A DNA stretch of 64,000 bases from the human T2T-CHM13v2.0 reference genome, Homo sapiens: assembly GCF_009914755.1 (NCBI RefSeq), contig NC_060926.1, one strand, 5' to 3'. The notes under the pieces were generated by a model. The model saw only the letters and a program-made list of their open reading frames with translations. It ran no database searches and had not been told where the DNA came from. Of the stretch, positions 13,001-28,006 are shown in pieces. The stretch's first letter is position 1. The number at the start of each line of letters is the position of its first letter. The position numbers were made by a program, and so were the translations under genes.

Positions 13001-15339
13001 AGAATTCTTAGAAAGTTACAATCATCTGCTTAACTCTTTTAATTTCCTTTTCCTTCAACTTAAACTTTAATTTCAGGTATCTTCTATACAACACAGAAGT
13101 CACGCTCTGGATAGAATTAAAAGGAAATTAACTTGGGGTTTAGGGTGGACGTTTTTTGCCTTATTTTGCTTCTTAGTAAATGAAAGTGAAGCCTGAATAA
13201 TGAGAATATTATTAATCCATCTCCATTTTTCTACTTTAAAGGCACAGCATAGATTTTGGTTCCAGTTGTTACTACTTTAATGAGAGTAATGAATATTCCA
13301 TGTGAGGGCAGTGTGCATGAAAGTGTGCTGGGAAAGTTCTATGGATCTTTGTGTTTTGTTTCAGTTTTGAGGATTAAATGCAAGTTTAATCCTTTAATGA
13401 ATATATAAGTCGGTTGATGCCCTTTCTTGAGAAAGTTATGGTTAAATTGTTGTGTCAAATCATTGTATTTCATTCTGTCTCCAGTGTGGGGGTAGCATAG
13501 AGAGGTGGTGGGTAGGGCTGGGGGTGAATATGTGTGTTTTTCTTAAGCGACGCTAGTTTTGGAAAATGTAAGGATTCCAAAGGTTAATGTGGATTAAAAT
13601 GCTGTCTGCCATGAACTTTAGAAATTGAAATAAATGTGGTTGGTAAAAGAAGAACTGTGTTTTGATTACACGGAAATGCTTTTGTAGGCCTTTTCTTTCA
13701 GGTGAAGTAAACATCTTAAAAATAAGCACAATAAATATGTTTCTAAGCACGGTGCATTGTAATTGTAATTAGCTCTTCCTCCTTTATGAGGTTGCATGCA
13801 TCAGATTACGTCTAATTACTCCCAAGCAGTTTGCTGGTTTCCTATTTTTGTGAAAAGTCTCACAATACATCTTTACAACCACAAAGACACTGATTTGCTT
13901 ATACTGAGGCCTTGATGGGCAACTCGCTTTCTTTTTATGTGAGGGGAAAAATTAAAGGTGAGCATCATTAGGAATCTCTCTTTAAACCCAGTAATCTATG
14001 CACACTGCAAAGAATCAATGCCCAGTAGGCGGGCTGGAGTTCTACAATACATTCTTGCACTTATAGGCTTTTCCTTGACCAGGTAGCTCGTAATGCCATA
14101 GAAATTGATTATTTGTGATGTTCTTATCATTGTTTAAAACATCTCATTGCTTTTCCTCCACAGATTTGGATTTAGCTTGCCGGACACAGGGTGACTAATG
14201 AAGGAAGTCCCTTAATTAGACAGATGTGTCCCAGAGTGCAAGGTGGTGTTGATAGGAAATCTGACCTGAATTGTGTCAAATTCTATTTCAATAGAATTTA
14301 AGGTCTCATTTTAGTAGAAATTAAGATGGAACTGAGTTTTCTCTGACTCAAAAGCTTCTTTTGATTAACTCTTTCAACCCTACAAAAAGTACTCAGAGTT
14401 TATAGCTTTACCTAGAACACTTAGACATTTTCAAATCCATTTTCCATAGATATATCTTAGCACTTTTATTTTAGTTAACATATGGAGACATGTGACTTCA
14501 AATTCAGTGGATGATCTTAAATGCTAATATACAGGTTAACACAAGTTAAAACTAAATTAAAATAAAAAGCAAAATTTTAGATACAAAGGACGAATTATCC
14601 AGAAAAAAAAAAAACATAATCTTAGAGCAATAATCTAATAGCAGCTGTACTTAACCTCATGCATGTTTTTATCTAATTTAATAATTCTGGATATTACTTG
14701 GTCTCCTGATGGGAGATATATCAATTCAGAACCAAATATTGTTTCATATCCTTTAATGCCTTTAGACAAGCCTTTTTGTTAGAGCAGCATACAGTTAAAA
14801 AAAAAAAAGGCACAGCAATATGCTAAATTGGTGTCCAGATAATAGTTACTTTGAGTTCACCTTGTGATAACACTCTGGCAATTTTGGTTGAGCCAAACAA
14901 ATTGTGCTTTCTGTCCTAATTGAAAATAGCTCCGTTGATCTCTCAACCTCAGCACACCCTGGGGGAAGACACTTAAGCCCTTGGTGAGCGCAAGTGAAAA
15001 TTTTGTTCTTGCTGAAAACTACATGGACGAATCCTTAGGTAAGTTTTCCTAAAACATCCTGTCAGGCAAAGCCAGTTTTGTGTTTGTGAAAATGCCAAGT
15101 CTGCAAGCATCAATATGTCTCTCCTCGTTGCACTGTTTCCTATGTAGTATGCTGCTTTTTCAGAGCTTGGTTATTTCTGCAACTCCAGTTCCTTTGCACA
15201 CTGTCTGTCGGCACTTAATAAGTATTTTCTTCATTTAATTGAAAAAAACTAAATTAAAAGAGTTTCATAATAATCACATTGGCATATCTTAGCATCTCAT
15301 AAAATTATTTGCTAAAGTAACTGTCTCCTGTCCAATTAT

Positions 15340-15450
15340 ACTGTAAGCCCTTTGAGAGTAGGGATTCTGTCTTATTTATTTTTATATCACCAATGTCTAA
15401 CAGAGTGCCTGACATAAAGGTGCTGAGTTAGACTGGGGAATGAATGCATG
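15340..15450 (+). mobile_element. L2 3' end fragment
   Basis: ctgtaagccctttgagagtagggattctgtc...acagagtgcctgacata...gaatgaatg. A second L2 3' end lies at about 16670-16750. Confidence 0.75.
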
Positions 15451-16125
15451 AGCGCATGAAGAATGTGAGGCCTGGTAGCTAGTTCAGTCCCTACCTGAAG
15501 CAGAATAGGAAAGTTTTCATGAGGATAGATGGTTGCATTGAGAATATAAAACTACGATAAATTGAGAATGAATCATTTTCAGAGCCAAATATAATTTTTG
15601 GAGCCCATGGGATTGCATGTTATTTGTTAAAGATTTGTTAAAGACATGTATAGGATCTGCAACCAAATAGGGTAAGTTCATGCCCTCTCTCCAGCATATT
15701 CCAACTGGGGTTACCCAGTTGGAATACAATTGGAGGAAGTTACCACCTCCTCCAATTCTCTGTTTTCTTCCATTAAGTGAAGAAGATAAAATCCTCCTCA
15801 GAATTGAGAGTGAAGATTAAATAAGATTGAATATGGACAACGCATGGATTATAAGCACTATACACATTAGGTTTTTTTTTCCTCTTCTGATTTTCAATGA
15901 ATTGTAATCCCTGTTTTTTATACTGAGAAATCGGGGACCCTGGACTTCATTAAAATGGTTTATTCGTATTTGTAACAAATTTTAAGTCTTTTATATTTTT
16001 CAATTATTTTGCTTAATTATTGCCTGGGCAATCTTCCAGGATTATTTTTTGTCTTATTTTCACAGCCCTCATTTTCTGTGTGTTTATTTCCACAATGGTA
16101 GACCCTGAATCTCAGCATCTGATAA

Positions 16126-16648
<523 letters not shown>

Positions 16649-17049
16649 TAGGTTTTCAGAACTTTTAGGAGGGCAGGAATTTCTGTCTCTCAAGCATCTA
16701 GAACAGTGCCTGGCACACAGGAGGCACTCAATAGACACTTGTTGAATGAGAGTTGAAGGAACATATAAAAAAAAATCTAAGATATCTTTTCGATATTCAA
16801 ATAAAATTAAATGAATAAAAACATATGTTACTTCCTTCCTTATGAAATTTATATTTCAACATTTAAACACTAGCAAAACTTAGACCCTATCATACCGAAT
16901 TTCACAAAAAGTTAAAAGTAAGGGCCCAGTGTCAGCGCTTCTGAATGTGTAAAAAGTTCTTATGTAATCACAACCCTACACTGGAACAGAGCACAAAATT
17001 AATGGTGAGTATGATGCATCATCTATTTATCTCCCCATTACATAATAAG

Positions 17050-17240
17050 AGTAAAAATAATAATAGAGGTTATATGGGCTCAGTGCTTTACAAATGTTAG
17101 TTCATTTCATCCTTGTTACAGCCCGGATTTTACAGTTCCATTGCACCCATAAGAAAACAGACTGAAAGGTTTAGTAATTTGTCCCAGGAAGAGGTGGGGC
17201 CAGAATTTGAAACCTGGCAGTAGACTCCACAGCTATGCAA
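17050..17240 (-). mobile_element. MIR fragment
   Basis: cagtgctttacaaatgttagttcatttcatcc...aagaaaacagactgaaaggtttagtaatttgtcc...atttgaaacctggcag. Another MIR piece lies at about 15750-15870. Confidence 0.65.
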
Positions 17241-18074
17241 TACACCATGGAGTCTCACAGCCAAATGACAATGATAATAATAAAATAATATTAATAAAAA
17301 CATATGTGCTTATTTCCCTGTCTTCATTGTGAGAGACTACAGATGTGTCAACCCCACTGTGTGTGCTGTGGCGTTATGAGCCCCGTCTTGCCACTAGAAG
17401 CTGAGGACCCTCACTTGTCCATGTGCCTCATCTGCCTCTCTTGGAGCCCTCCAGCCCAACACGGTCACCTTGACTATTCTGCCAACCTAAGAGCCTCCTA
17501 GGTCCCTCTAAGCGATCTTCTGTTCTAAAACTGCCATCAATCACTGTCCCTTCCAAATACCTAACCCCAAACATTTCCTCTGTTCTAATTTACCCCAATG
17601 TCCTCAGCTTCCAGTTGGAGGAACACTGTTGCACTCTTTCTGCTATGTCTCTAAAATAACCTGTTATTGACAGCTGGGTTTTTTTTTTCTATTGACTTGC
17701 TTAAATAATGTATTCACCTCTATTGGGGGAAAAGCTTTTAAAATTAATAAAATAATGTTAGATTGTCTTGTTCGCTAAAACCTTGTCCTGAAAACTGAAG
17801 TTATATTTAATGAGTTATCTAACCTGCACTGATGCATTTCAGGAAATGGAATGCCATCCCCATTTTCATAACTTTATTTGAAAGGAGATTCTATATGATG
17901 CATCACAATGCTTATCCTCTGATTCCATTATCTGAAAGTGACAAAGCAGATGACCAAATAAGCTCTTCAGTGCTGTGCATGGTTTTTTGTTCCTCCACCC
18001 ACCCTTTTCTCTTAAGGAATTTCATCCTTTGTATAGTTAGTCCATATTCTTCCAATATAGAAATTGCTTTCTTC

Positions 18075-18382
<308 letters not shown>

Positions 18383-20312
18383 TCATGCCTAAAAGCATTC
18401 AGTTTGCAACTTATACTTTTTTTGAATTTTTAAAATTTTTAAATTTTAATTTTGTGGGTACATAGTAGGTGTATATATTTATGGGGTACATTAGATGTTT
18501 TGATACAGGCATGCAAGGAGTAATAATCACATTATGTAAAGTGGGGTATCCATCCCCTCAAGCATTTATCCTTTGTGTTACAAACAATCCAGTTATATTC
18601 TTTCAGTTATTTAAAAATGTACAATGAAATTATTATTGACTATAGGCACACTATTGTGCCATCAAATACTAGGCCCTATTTAGTCTTTTTATTTTTTGTA
18701 CCCATTAAGCACCCCCAACTCCCCCACAATCCCCTACTCTTTTCCCAGGCTCTGGTAACTATCCTTCTACTCTATGTCCATGAGTTTGTTTTGATTTTTA
18801 GGTCCCACAAATAGTTGAGAATATGTGATGTTTGCTTTCTGTGCCTGGCTTATTTCACTTAGCATAGTGATCTCCAGTTCCATCCATGTTGTTGCAAATG
18901 ACAGGATCTCATTCTTTTTAATGGCTGAATTGTACTCCATTGTGTGTAACTGCTACATTTCTTTATTCATTCACCTTTCGATGGACACTTAGGTTGCTTC
19001 CAAATCTTAGCTATTGTGAACAGTGCTGCAACAAACATGGGAAATATCTCTTCCAATACTGATTTCCTTTCTTTTGGGTATATATCCAGCAGTGGGATTG
19101 CTGGATCATATGGTAGCTCTATTTTTAGTTTTTTGAGGAACCTCCCAACTGTTCTCCATAGTGGTTGTACTAATTTACATTCCCACGAACGGTGTAGTGG
19201 CAGGGGGTTCCCTTTTCTCCACCTCCTCTCCAGCATTTGTTATTGCCTGCATTTTGGATATAAGCCATTTTAACTGGAAAGAGATGAGATCTCATTGGAG
19301 TTTCGATTTGCATTTCTCTGATGATCAATGATGTTGAGCACGTTTTCATATACCTGTTTGCCATTTGCATACCTTCTTTTGAGCAATGTCTATTTAAATC
19401 TTTTGCCAAGTTTTAAATAAATTTATCAGATTATTTTCTTATAGGATTGTTTGAGCTCCTTGTATATTCTGGTTATGAATCCCTCGTGAGACGGTTAGTT
19501 TGCAAGTATTTTCTCCAATTCTGTGGGTTCTCTCTTAACTTTGCTAATTGTTTCCTTTGCTGTGCAGAAGCTTTTTAATTTGATGTGACCCCATGTGTCC
19601 ATTTTTGCTTTGGTTGCCTGTGCTTGCGAGGTATTACTCAAGAAATTTTTGCCCAGACCAATGTCCTGGAGAGTTTCCTCAATGCTTACCTGCAGAAGTT
19701 TCATAGTTTGAGGTCTTAGATTTATGTCTTTAATTCATTTTGATTAGATTTTTGTAGATGGTGAGAGATAGGAGTCTAGTTTCATTCTACTGCATATGGA
19801 TATTCAGTTTTCCCAGCACCATTTATTGAAGACAGTGTTTCCCATTATATGTTCTTGGCACGTTTGTCAAAAATGAGTTCACTTTAGGTGTGTGGATTTG
19901 TTTCTGGGTTCTCTATTCTGTTCCATTGGTTTCTGTGTCTGGTTTTATGCAAGCACCATGCTGCTTTGGTTACTGTAGCTGTGTAATATAATTTGAAGTC
20001 AGCTAATGTGATTCCTTCAGTTTTGTTCTTTTTGCTTAGGACAGCTCTCGCTATTTTGTGTCTTTTGCGGTTCCACATAAATTTTAGGATTTTTTTTTCT
20101 ATTTCTTCAAGAATGTCATTGGTATTTTGATAGGGATTGCACTGAATCTGTAGATTGCTTTGGGTATATGGACATTTTAACGACATGGATTCTTCCAAAC
20201 CATGAACATAAAATATCTTTACATTTTTGATGTCTTCTTCAATTTCTTTCATTAGTGTTTTACAGTTTTTATTATAGAGATTGTTCACTTCTTTGGTTAA
20301 GTTAATTCCTAA

Positions 20313-20650
<338 letters not shown>

Positions 20651-22157
20651 GGGATTACTTTTATTTCTTTTTCAGATTGTTCCTTGTTGGCATGTAGAAA
20701 TGCTATTGATTTTTGTATGTTGATTTTGTATCCGGCAACTTCACTGAATGTGTTTATCAGTCCTAATAGATTTCTTATGGTGTCCTTAGGTTTTTTCAAA
20801 TATAAGATCATATCATCTACAAACAAGGATAGTTTGACTTCTTTCTTTCTAATTTGGATGCCCTTTATTTCTTTCTCTTGTCTGATTGCTCCAGCTTGGA
20901 CTTCCAGGACTATGTTGAATAACAGTGGACATCCTTGTTATGTTCCAGATCTTAGAGGAAAGGATTTCAGTTTTTCCCCATTCTTGTTACTTGTTATTGG
21001 TCTGTTCAGATTTTGTATATCTTCATGGCTCAATCTTAGTAGGTTGCATGTCTCTAGGAATTTGTCCATTTCTTCTAGACTTCCCAGTTTATTGACATAT
21101 AGTTGCTCATAATAGCCACTGATGATCCTTTGAATTTCTGCGGTATCAGTTGTGATGTCTCCCTTTTCATCTCTGATTTTATTTGTTTGGATCTTCTTGC
21201 TTTTTCTTAGTCTGGCTAAAGGTTTGTCAGTTTTGTTGAACTTTTCAACAAAACCAACTTTTGGTTTCATTGATCGTTTGCATTGTTTTCTTTATTTCAA
21301 TTTCATGTATTTCTGCTCTGATCTTTATTATTTCTTATCCTCTACTAATTACAGGTTTGGTTTGCTCTTGCTTTTCTAGTTCTTTAAGATGCATCGTTGG
21401 GTTGTTTATTTAAAGTTTTTCTGTTTTTTGATGTAGGCACTTATAGCTATAAACTTCTCTCCTAGTATTGCTTTTGCTGTAGCCCATAGGTTTTGGTATG
21501 TTGTGTTTCCATTATCTTTTGTTTCAAAACATTTTTCAATTTCCTTCTTAATTTCTTCATTGACCCACTGGTCATTCAGGAGCATATTGTTTGGTTTCCA
21601 TGTATTTGTATAGTTTCCAAAATTTTTGTTGTTATTGATCTCTAGTTTTATTCCACTGTGGTCAGAGAAGATGCCTGATACTATTTCAGGTTTTTTTGAA
21701 TGTTTTAAGACTTACTTTATGACCAAACATATGCTCTATCCTTGAGAATGATCCATGTGCTGAGGAAATGAATGTGTAGTCTATAGCTGTTGGATGAAAT
21801 GTTCTGTAAATATCTATGAGGTCCATTTGGTCTATAGTGCAGAACAAGTCCAGTGTTTCTTTGTTGATTTTCTATCTAGAAGATCTGTCCAATGCTGCGA
21901 GTAGGGTGTTGAAGTCTCCAGCTATTATTGTATTGGGGCCTACCTCTCCCTTTAGCTCAAATATTTGCTTTTTATGTCTGGGTGTTCCAGTGCCGGGTGC
22001 ATATATATTTGTAATTATTATGTCCTCTTGCTGAATTGACTGCTTTATCATTATATAGTGACCTTCTTGCTTTCTTCTTATAGTTTTTATCTCAAAATCT
22101 ATTTTGTCTGATATAAATATAGCTACTTTTGATTTTCATTGGTTTCCATTGGCATAG

Positions 22158-22580
<423 letters not shown>

Positions 22581-24000
22581 CCACTCTGTCTTTTGATTGG
22601 AGAGTTTTAGTCCTTTCACATTCAGTGTTATTACTGATAAGTAATGACTTACTCCTGCCATTTTGTTATGTGTTTTCTGGTTGTTTCGTGTCATTTCTTC
22701 CTTCTTTCTTTCTTTCTTTTTTTTCTTTTAGTGAAGGGGATTTTCTCAGGTTATATGATTTAGTTTCTTGCTTTTTATTTTTTGTGTACCTGTTATATGT
22801 TTTTTGGTGTTAATTACCATGAGGTTTGCCAATACTATCTTGTAACCCATTATTTTAAGCTGATAACAACCAAACACTGTTTGCATAAACAAACATACAA
22901 GCAAAAAGAAAAGTATTAATGAAGATTCTATGCCTTAGGTTCGTACCCCTGCTTTTTAACTTTTTGTTGTTTCTATTTATATCTTACTGTACTATGTCTT
23001 GAAAAGTTGTTGTAGTTATAATTTTTGATTGGTTCTTTTTTTGTCTTTCTACTTAAGAGTACTTTACACACTATAGTTACAGTGTTATAATATTCAGTGT
23101 TTTTCTGTGTGCTTACTATTACCAGTGAGTTTTGCCCCTTCAGATGATTTCTTATTGCTCATTAATGTCTTTTTCTTTCTGACTGAAATACTCCCTTTAG
23201 CATTTCTTGTAGGACAGGTCTGGTGTTGATGAAATTCTTCAGCTTTTGTTTGTCTGGGAAAGTCTTCATTTCTTCTTCATGTTTGAAGGATATTTTCACC
23301 AGATGTACAATTCTAGGATAAAAAATGTTTCTCTTCAGCACTTTAGATATGTAATGCCACTTTCTCCTGGCCTAAAACAGTTCCACTGAAATGTCTGCTG
23401 CCGGATGTATTGGAGTGCCTCTATAGGTTATTTATTTATTTTTTCTTATTGCTTTTAGGATCCTTTCTGCATACTTGACCTTTGGGAGTTTGATTTTTAA
23501 ATGCCTTTGGGTTAAATCTGCTTGGTGTTCTATAACCGTCTTGCACTGGGACACTGATATCTTTCTCTAAGTTTGGGAAGATTTTCTGTTATTATTCCTT
23601 TGAAGAACACCTATCTTTTTCTCTACCTCCCCTTTAAAGCCAAAAGTCTTAGATTTGCCCTTTTCAAGCTTTCTAGGTCCTGTAGACATGCTTTATTTTT
23701 TTAACATTCTTTTTCTTTGTCTTTTCTGACTGTGTATTTTCAAATAACCCATCTTCAAGCTCATTTATTTTTTCTTCTGCTTGATCAAGTCTGCTACTAA
23801 AAAACTCTGATGCATTCTTCAGTATGCACATTGCATTTTTCAGCTTGAAAATTTCTGCTTGATTCTTTTTAATTATTTCAATCTCTTTGTTAAATTTATC
23901 TGATAGAAATCTGAATTCCTTCCCTGTGATACCTTGAATTTAATTGAGTTTTCTCAAAACAGCTATTTTGAATTATCTGTCTGAAAGGTTACTTATTTCA

Positions 24001-24270
24001 GAGCCCCAGGGCCTTGCGCGAACATAGGCCATAGCCTGGGAGTGGTTACAGCAGGCTCTGGGCGAGACTCAGGGCTGTGCTGGCTTCAAGTGTGACCCAG
24101 CATAGTTCTAATGGGGTGGCCACAGGGTGTTTGTGTCCCTCCACCCGCAGCTTCAGGTGACTCAGCACAGAGAGTGAGAGAGAGACTCCATTTGTTTCAG
24201 AGAAAGTAAGGGAAGAAAACAAGAGTTTCTTCCTGGTAATCCAGAGAATTCCTTCAGATCTTGTCCAAGA
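24001..24270 (+). repeat. Inverted copy of L1 5'-region segment 24544-24785 inserted into the ORF1 region
   Basis: gagccccagggccttg...cagatcttgtccaaga is the reverse complement of tcttggacaagatctg...caaggccctggggctc, with substitutions and small indels. Confidence 0.92.
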
Positions 24271-26569
24271 TTGGTCTCTGGTGTCTTGTTTAGTTCATTT
24301 GGTGAGGTCATGTTTTCCTGGATGGTCTTGATACATGTAGATATTCATCTGGGAATTTGATGAGTTTGGCATTAATTGTAGTCTTCACAGTCTAGGCTTG
24401 TTTGAATCTGTCCTTCTTGGAAAGACTTTCCAGATATTCAAAAAGACATGGGTGTTGTGATCTAAGCTATATCTGATTTAGGGGCACCCTAAGCCCAGTA
24501 ATGCTGTGGTTCTTGCAGACTCGTAGAAGTACCACCTTGATTGTCTTGGACAAGATCTGAAAGAATTCTCTGTATTACCAGGCTGACTCTTCTTCCCTTA
24601 CTTTCTCCCAACAAATGGAGTCTCTCACTCTCTGTGCTGAGCCACCTGAAGCTGGGGGTGGAGTGAGACCAGCACCTGTGGCCACCACCACTAGAACTAT
24701 GCTGGGTCACACTTGAAGCCGACACAGCACTGAGTCTTGTCCAGGGCCTGCTATAACCATTCCCAAGCTCAAGGCCCTGGGGCTCTATAATCAACAGGTG
24801 GTAAAACCATCCAGGCTTGTGTCTTTCCCTTCAGGCTGGTGAGATCTCGTAGGCCCAGGTGGGTCCAGAGGTGCCACCAGGGAGTCAGGGACTAGAATCA
24901 AAACCTTTAGAAATCTATCTGGTGTTCTATTGTACTGCAGTGGAGCTGGCACTGAAACCAGAAGATGCAGTCTTTCTCATTCTTTTCTCCTTCTTCCAAA
25001 AGCAAAGGAGTCTCACCCCATAGCCACTGTCATCACAGGCCCACAGGGATACTGCCAGACTACCACAGATGTTCCCTTACGACCCAGAAGCCCTTCAATC
25101 AGCTTGTGGTGAATGCTGCCTGGCCTGGAACTCACCCTTCAGGGCAGTGGGCTCCCCTCTGGCCCAGGGCAGGTCCAGAAATGCTGTCCGAGAGTTAAGA
25201 CCTGGAATCAGAGAACACAAGAGCCTGCTTGGTGCTCCACACCCCTGTGACTGAGTTGGTACCTAAGGTGCAAGACAAGGTCACCTTTACTTTTTCTTCT
25301 GCTTTTCTTAAGTTGAAGGAGTCTCGCCCCGTAGCCACCACAGCTGGGAATGTGCTGAGTCTCACCAGAAGCCAGCAAGTCTCTGAGGTTCACCCAAGGC
25401 CCTTGACGTAGTACCTGAGTGTCACTGCTGGTTATTCAGGGCCCAAGGGCTCTTCAGTTAACAGGTGATGAATGCTGCCAAGACTAGGTCCTTCCCTTCA
25501 AGGCAGTAGGTTCTTTTCTGGCCTAGGATGTGTCTACGTGTCTAGAATGTCATCCAGGAGCTAGGGCCTGGAAGGAGGCCTCATGACTCTAACCAGTGCC
25601 CTATCTTGCTGTGGCTGAGCTGGTACCCAAGATGCAAGATGAAGTCCTCCTCAATCTTCCCTCTCCTCTCCTCAAGCAAAGGGAAGTGGTATCTTTTGGA
25701 GCTATGAGCTGTGCAGCCTGGGGTTAGGGGAACGGTGATGCCAGCATCCCTTAGCTGCCCCAGCTGGTGTCTCAGTAGGTCATGTGCCCCCTAGTCCACT
25801 GTCTCTGGACCCAGTTCAGCATGAGAACACTCCTAGATGTTGCAGTCCTTGTGGCCTAGACTGTCTTTCGAGTTTATTTACAGCCACAGAGCCCTTTAGC
25901 CCACAGTAGCAAGGCTTGTGGGAACTCAAGTTCAGACCACTGGAATTGGTGATTCCCCTCTGTGTAGGGCTGGTTTCAATGCTTCCTCCATGGGCGGGCA
26001 TCAGCTGAGTTTGGCCGAGTTTTGTCTTCTGTTATAATAAGGCAGCACTGAGTTTAAGGCCTCACAATTGCTGTGCTCTCCCTCTTCCCAGCACACAGAA
26101 ACACTCTGCAACATGCTGCTACTGTCGAGAGATGGGGAAAGGGTAGCACTGGTGAATCAAGACTCTTTTCTACCTCTTCAGTGCCTCTTTCAGTAATGGA
26201 AAGTTAAAACCAGATACTGTGAGTGTTCACCTGATTTTTGATTCTTATAAAGGAGCTTTATTTTGTAGATAGTTGCTAAGTTGGTGTAATTGCCAGGGAG
26301 ATGATCAGTGGAGCCTTCTATTCTGCCATCTTGCTCCAACCATTAGCAACTTGAGCTTTTTAACAAAATAATATGATCACTGGAATACAGGAGGCATTCT
26401 TCCTTCCCATTGCCACCTTGTAGGATTGCCTATTGCAGAGTTTTAACTGTAAGAAAGTGTTCTGTGGAGACCATAAAAGAGTAGTATTGGAAATGTTTGC
26501 TCCCCTCTGAACCAGACAAATGTATCACCATTCTTATTCCTCGATCAAAGGGCAGAATTGAGCTTCATG

Positions 26570-27110
26570 CATTTATTCTATACCTGTATGCCAGGAACTG
26601 TGCTGGGCAGAATCTACATGGGAAGGCAGATATGGGCACACATAAATAAGGTTCAGAATCACCAAGAAGGCAAGTGCAAAATGTTATCAGCATAAGTGAG
26701 GGAGTGACTCACACTGCTAGTGACCCCTCTGGAAAGGTTTCTTGTGGGAAGTCGTTTGAGGACAGTCTTCCAGTTGACAGAGAGGTACAAAGATCTGACA
26801 CCAAGAAGAAATAGCATGTGAAAAGGCACAGAGGAATAAGTATCTTGGAGTATTCAGGAAAGAGCAAGAAGCTTGATGTAGCTGGAAGTCTGTAAAGGTG
26901 GGGAAAAAAGAGGCAAATTAGATGCTTTTGAAGAGATATCCAGGTGAAGCCATTTATTTGTTCATGCAAATATGTATCGAACACACACTAGACCCAGGCC
27001 CATAGGAGATACATGGCAGTGGAAGAGGTCACACCAGCCCAGGGAACTTGCAGTCCAGTGAAGAAGTAAGGCTTTAAAGAGACAACTAAGCATTGACCAG
27101 AATATGGAGT
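26570..27110 (-). mobile_element. L2 fragments
   Basis: cctgtatgccaggaactgtgctggg, atttatttgttcatgcaaatatgtatcgaacac and agggaacttgcagtccagtg are typical antisense L2. Confidence 0.6.
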
Positions 27111-27357
27111 TCTGAATAGTATTATGTTCTATTACTTTCAGGCTTCATAATGTAAGATAGATTAAAACTAGGATTTTCTAAACCAAAAACAGAGACATAA
27201 TATAATTTATCGAACTTAATCTTATACATCTTTCAAAGTGTGGTGCTTTCTCTGCTATTTAGCACACAACAACAATAACAAAATACCAAGAAGTAAATGT
27301 AATGAAGAATGTTCATCACCTGAATGAATGAAGATACAACATTCTACTGTGCACCTT

Positions 27358-28006
27358 TGATATAGTTTGGCTCTGTGTCCCCACCCAAATCTCACCTTGA
27401 ATTGTAATAATCCTTACCTGTTGTGGGAGGGACCTGGTGGGAGGTGATGGAATTATGGGGGCAGGTTTTTCTCATGCTGTTGTCATGATAGCAAATAAGT
27501 CTCATGAGTTCTGATGGTTTTATACAGGGGAGTTCCCCTGCACATCCCTCTCTTGCCTGCCACCATGTAAGGCATGACTTTGCTTCTCATTTACCTCCAG
27601 CCATGATTGTGAGGCCTCCCCAACCATGTGGAACTGTCAGTTAATTAAGCCTCTTTCTTTTATAAATGACCGAGTCTCAGGTAATTTATTAGCAGTGTGA
27701 GAACTAACTAATACAGTAAATTGGTACCTGTAGAATGGGGTGCTACTGTAAAGACACCCAAAAATGTGAAAGTGACTTTGGAACTGGGTAAAGGGCAGAG
27801 GATGGAACAGTTTGGAGAGCTCAGAAGAAAGCAGGAAAATGTGGGAAAGTTTGGAACTTCCTAGAGACTTGTTGAATGGCTCTGACCAACAACCTGATAG
27901 TGATATGGACAATGAGGTCAAGGCTAAGGAGGTTTCAGATGGAGATGAGGGACTTTTTGGGAACTGGAGTATGTCTTTATTAGCAGCATGAGAACAGACT
28001 AATACA
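27358..28006 (+). mobile_element. THE1 (ERVL-MaLR) element with large internal deletion
   Basis: 5' LTR 27358-27715 (tgatatagtttggctctgtgtcccc...actaataca), internal start 27716-27970, then only the last ~36 bp of the 3' LTR. TSD acctt/gcctt. Confidence 0.92.

Noticed and set aside
8508-13393. Short stems gtttcaa/ttgaaac (about 8508) and aggattaaa/tttaatcct (about 13370)
   Set aside because: 7-9-bp AT-rich stems are expected by chance and have no supporting context.
24770-25640. Three diverged ~330-360-bp repeats (caagg/cccaag...cccttcagg) in the L1 5' region
   Set aside because: Consistent with the internally repeated 5' UTR of L1M1/L1MA families, so not locus-specific.
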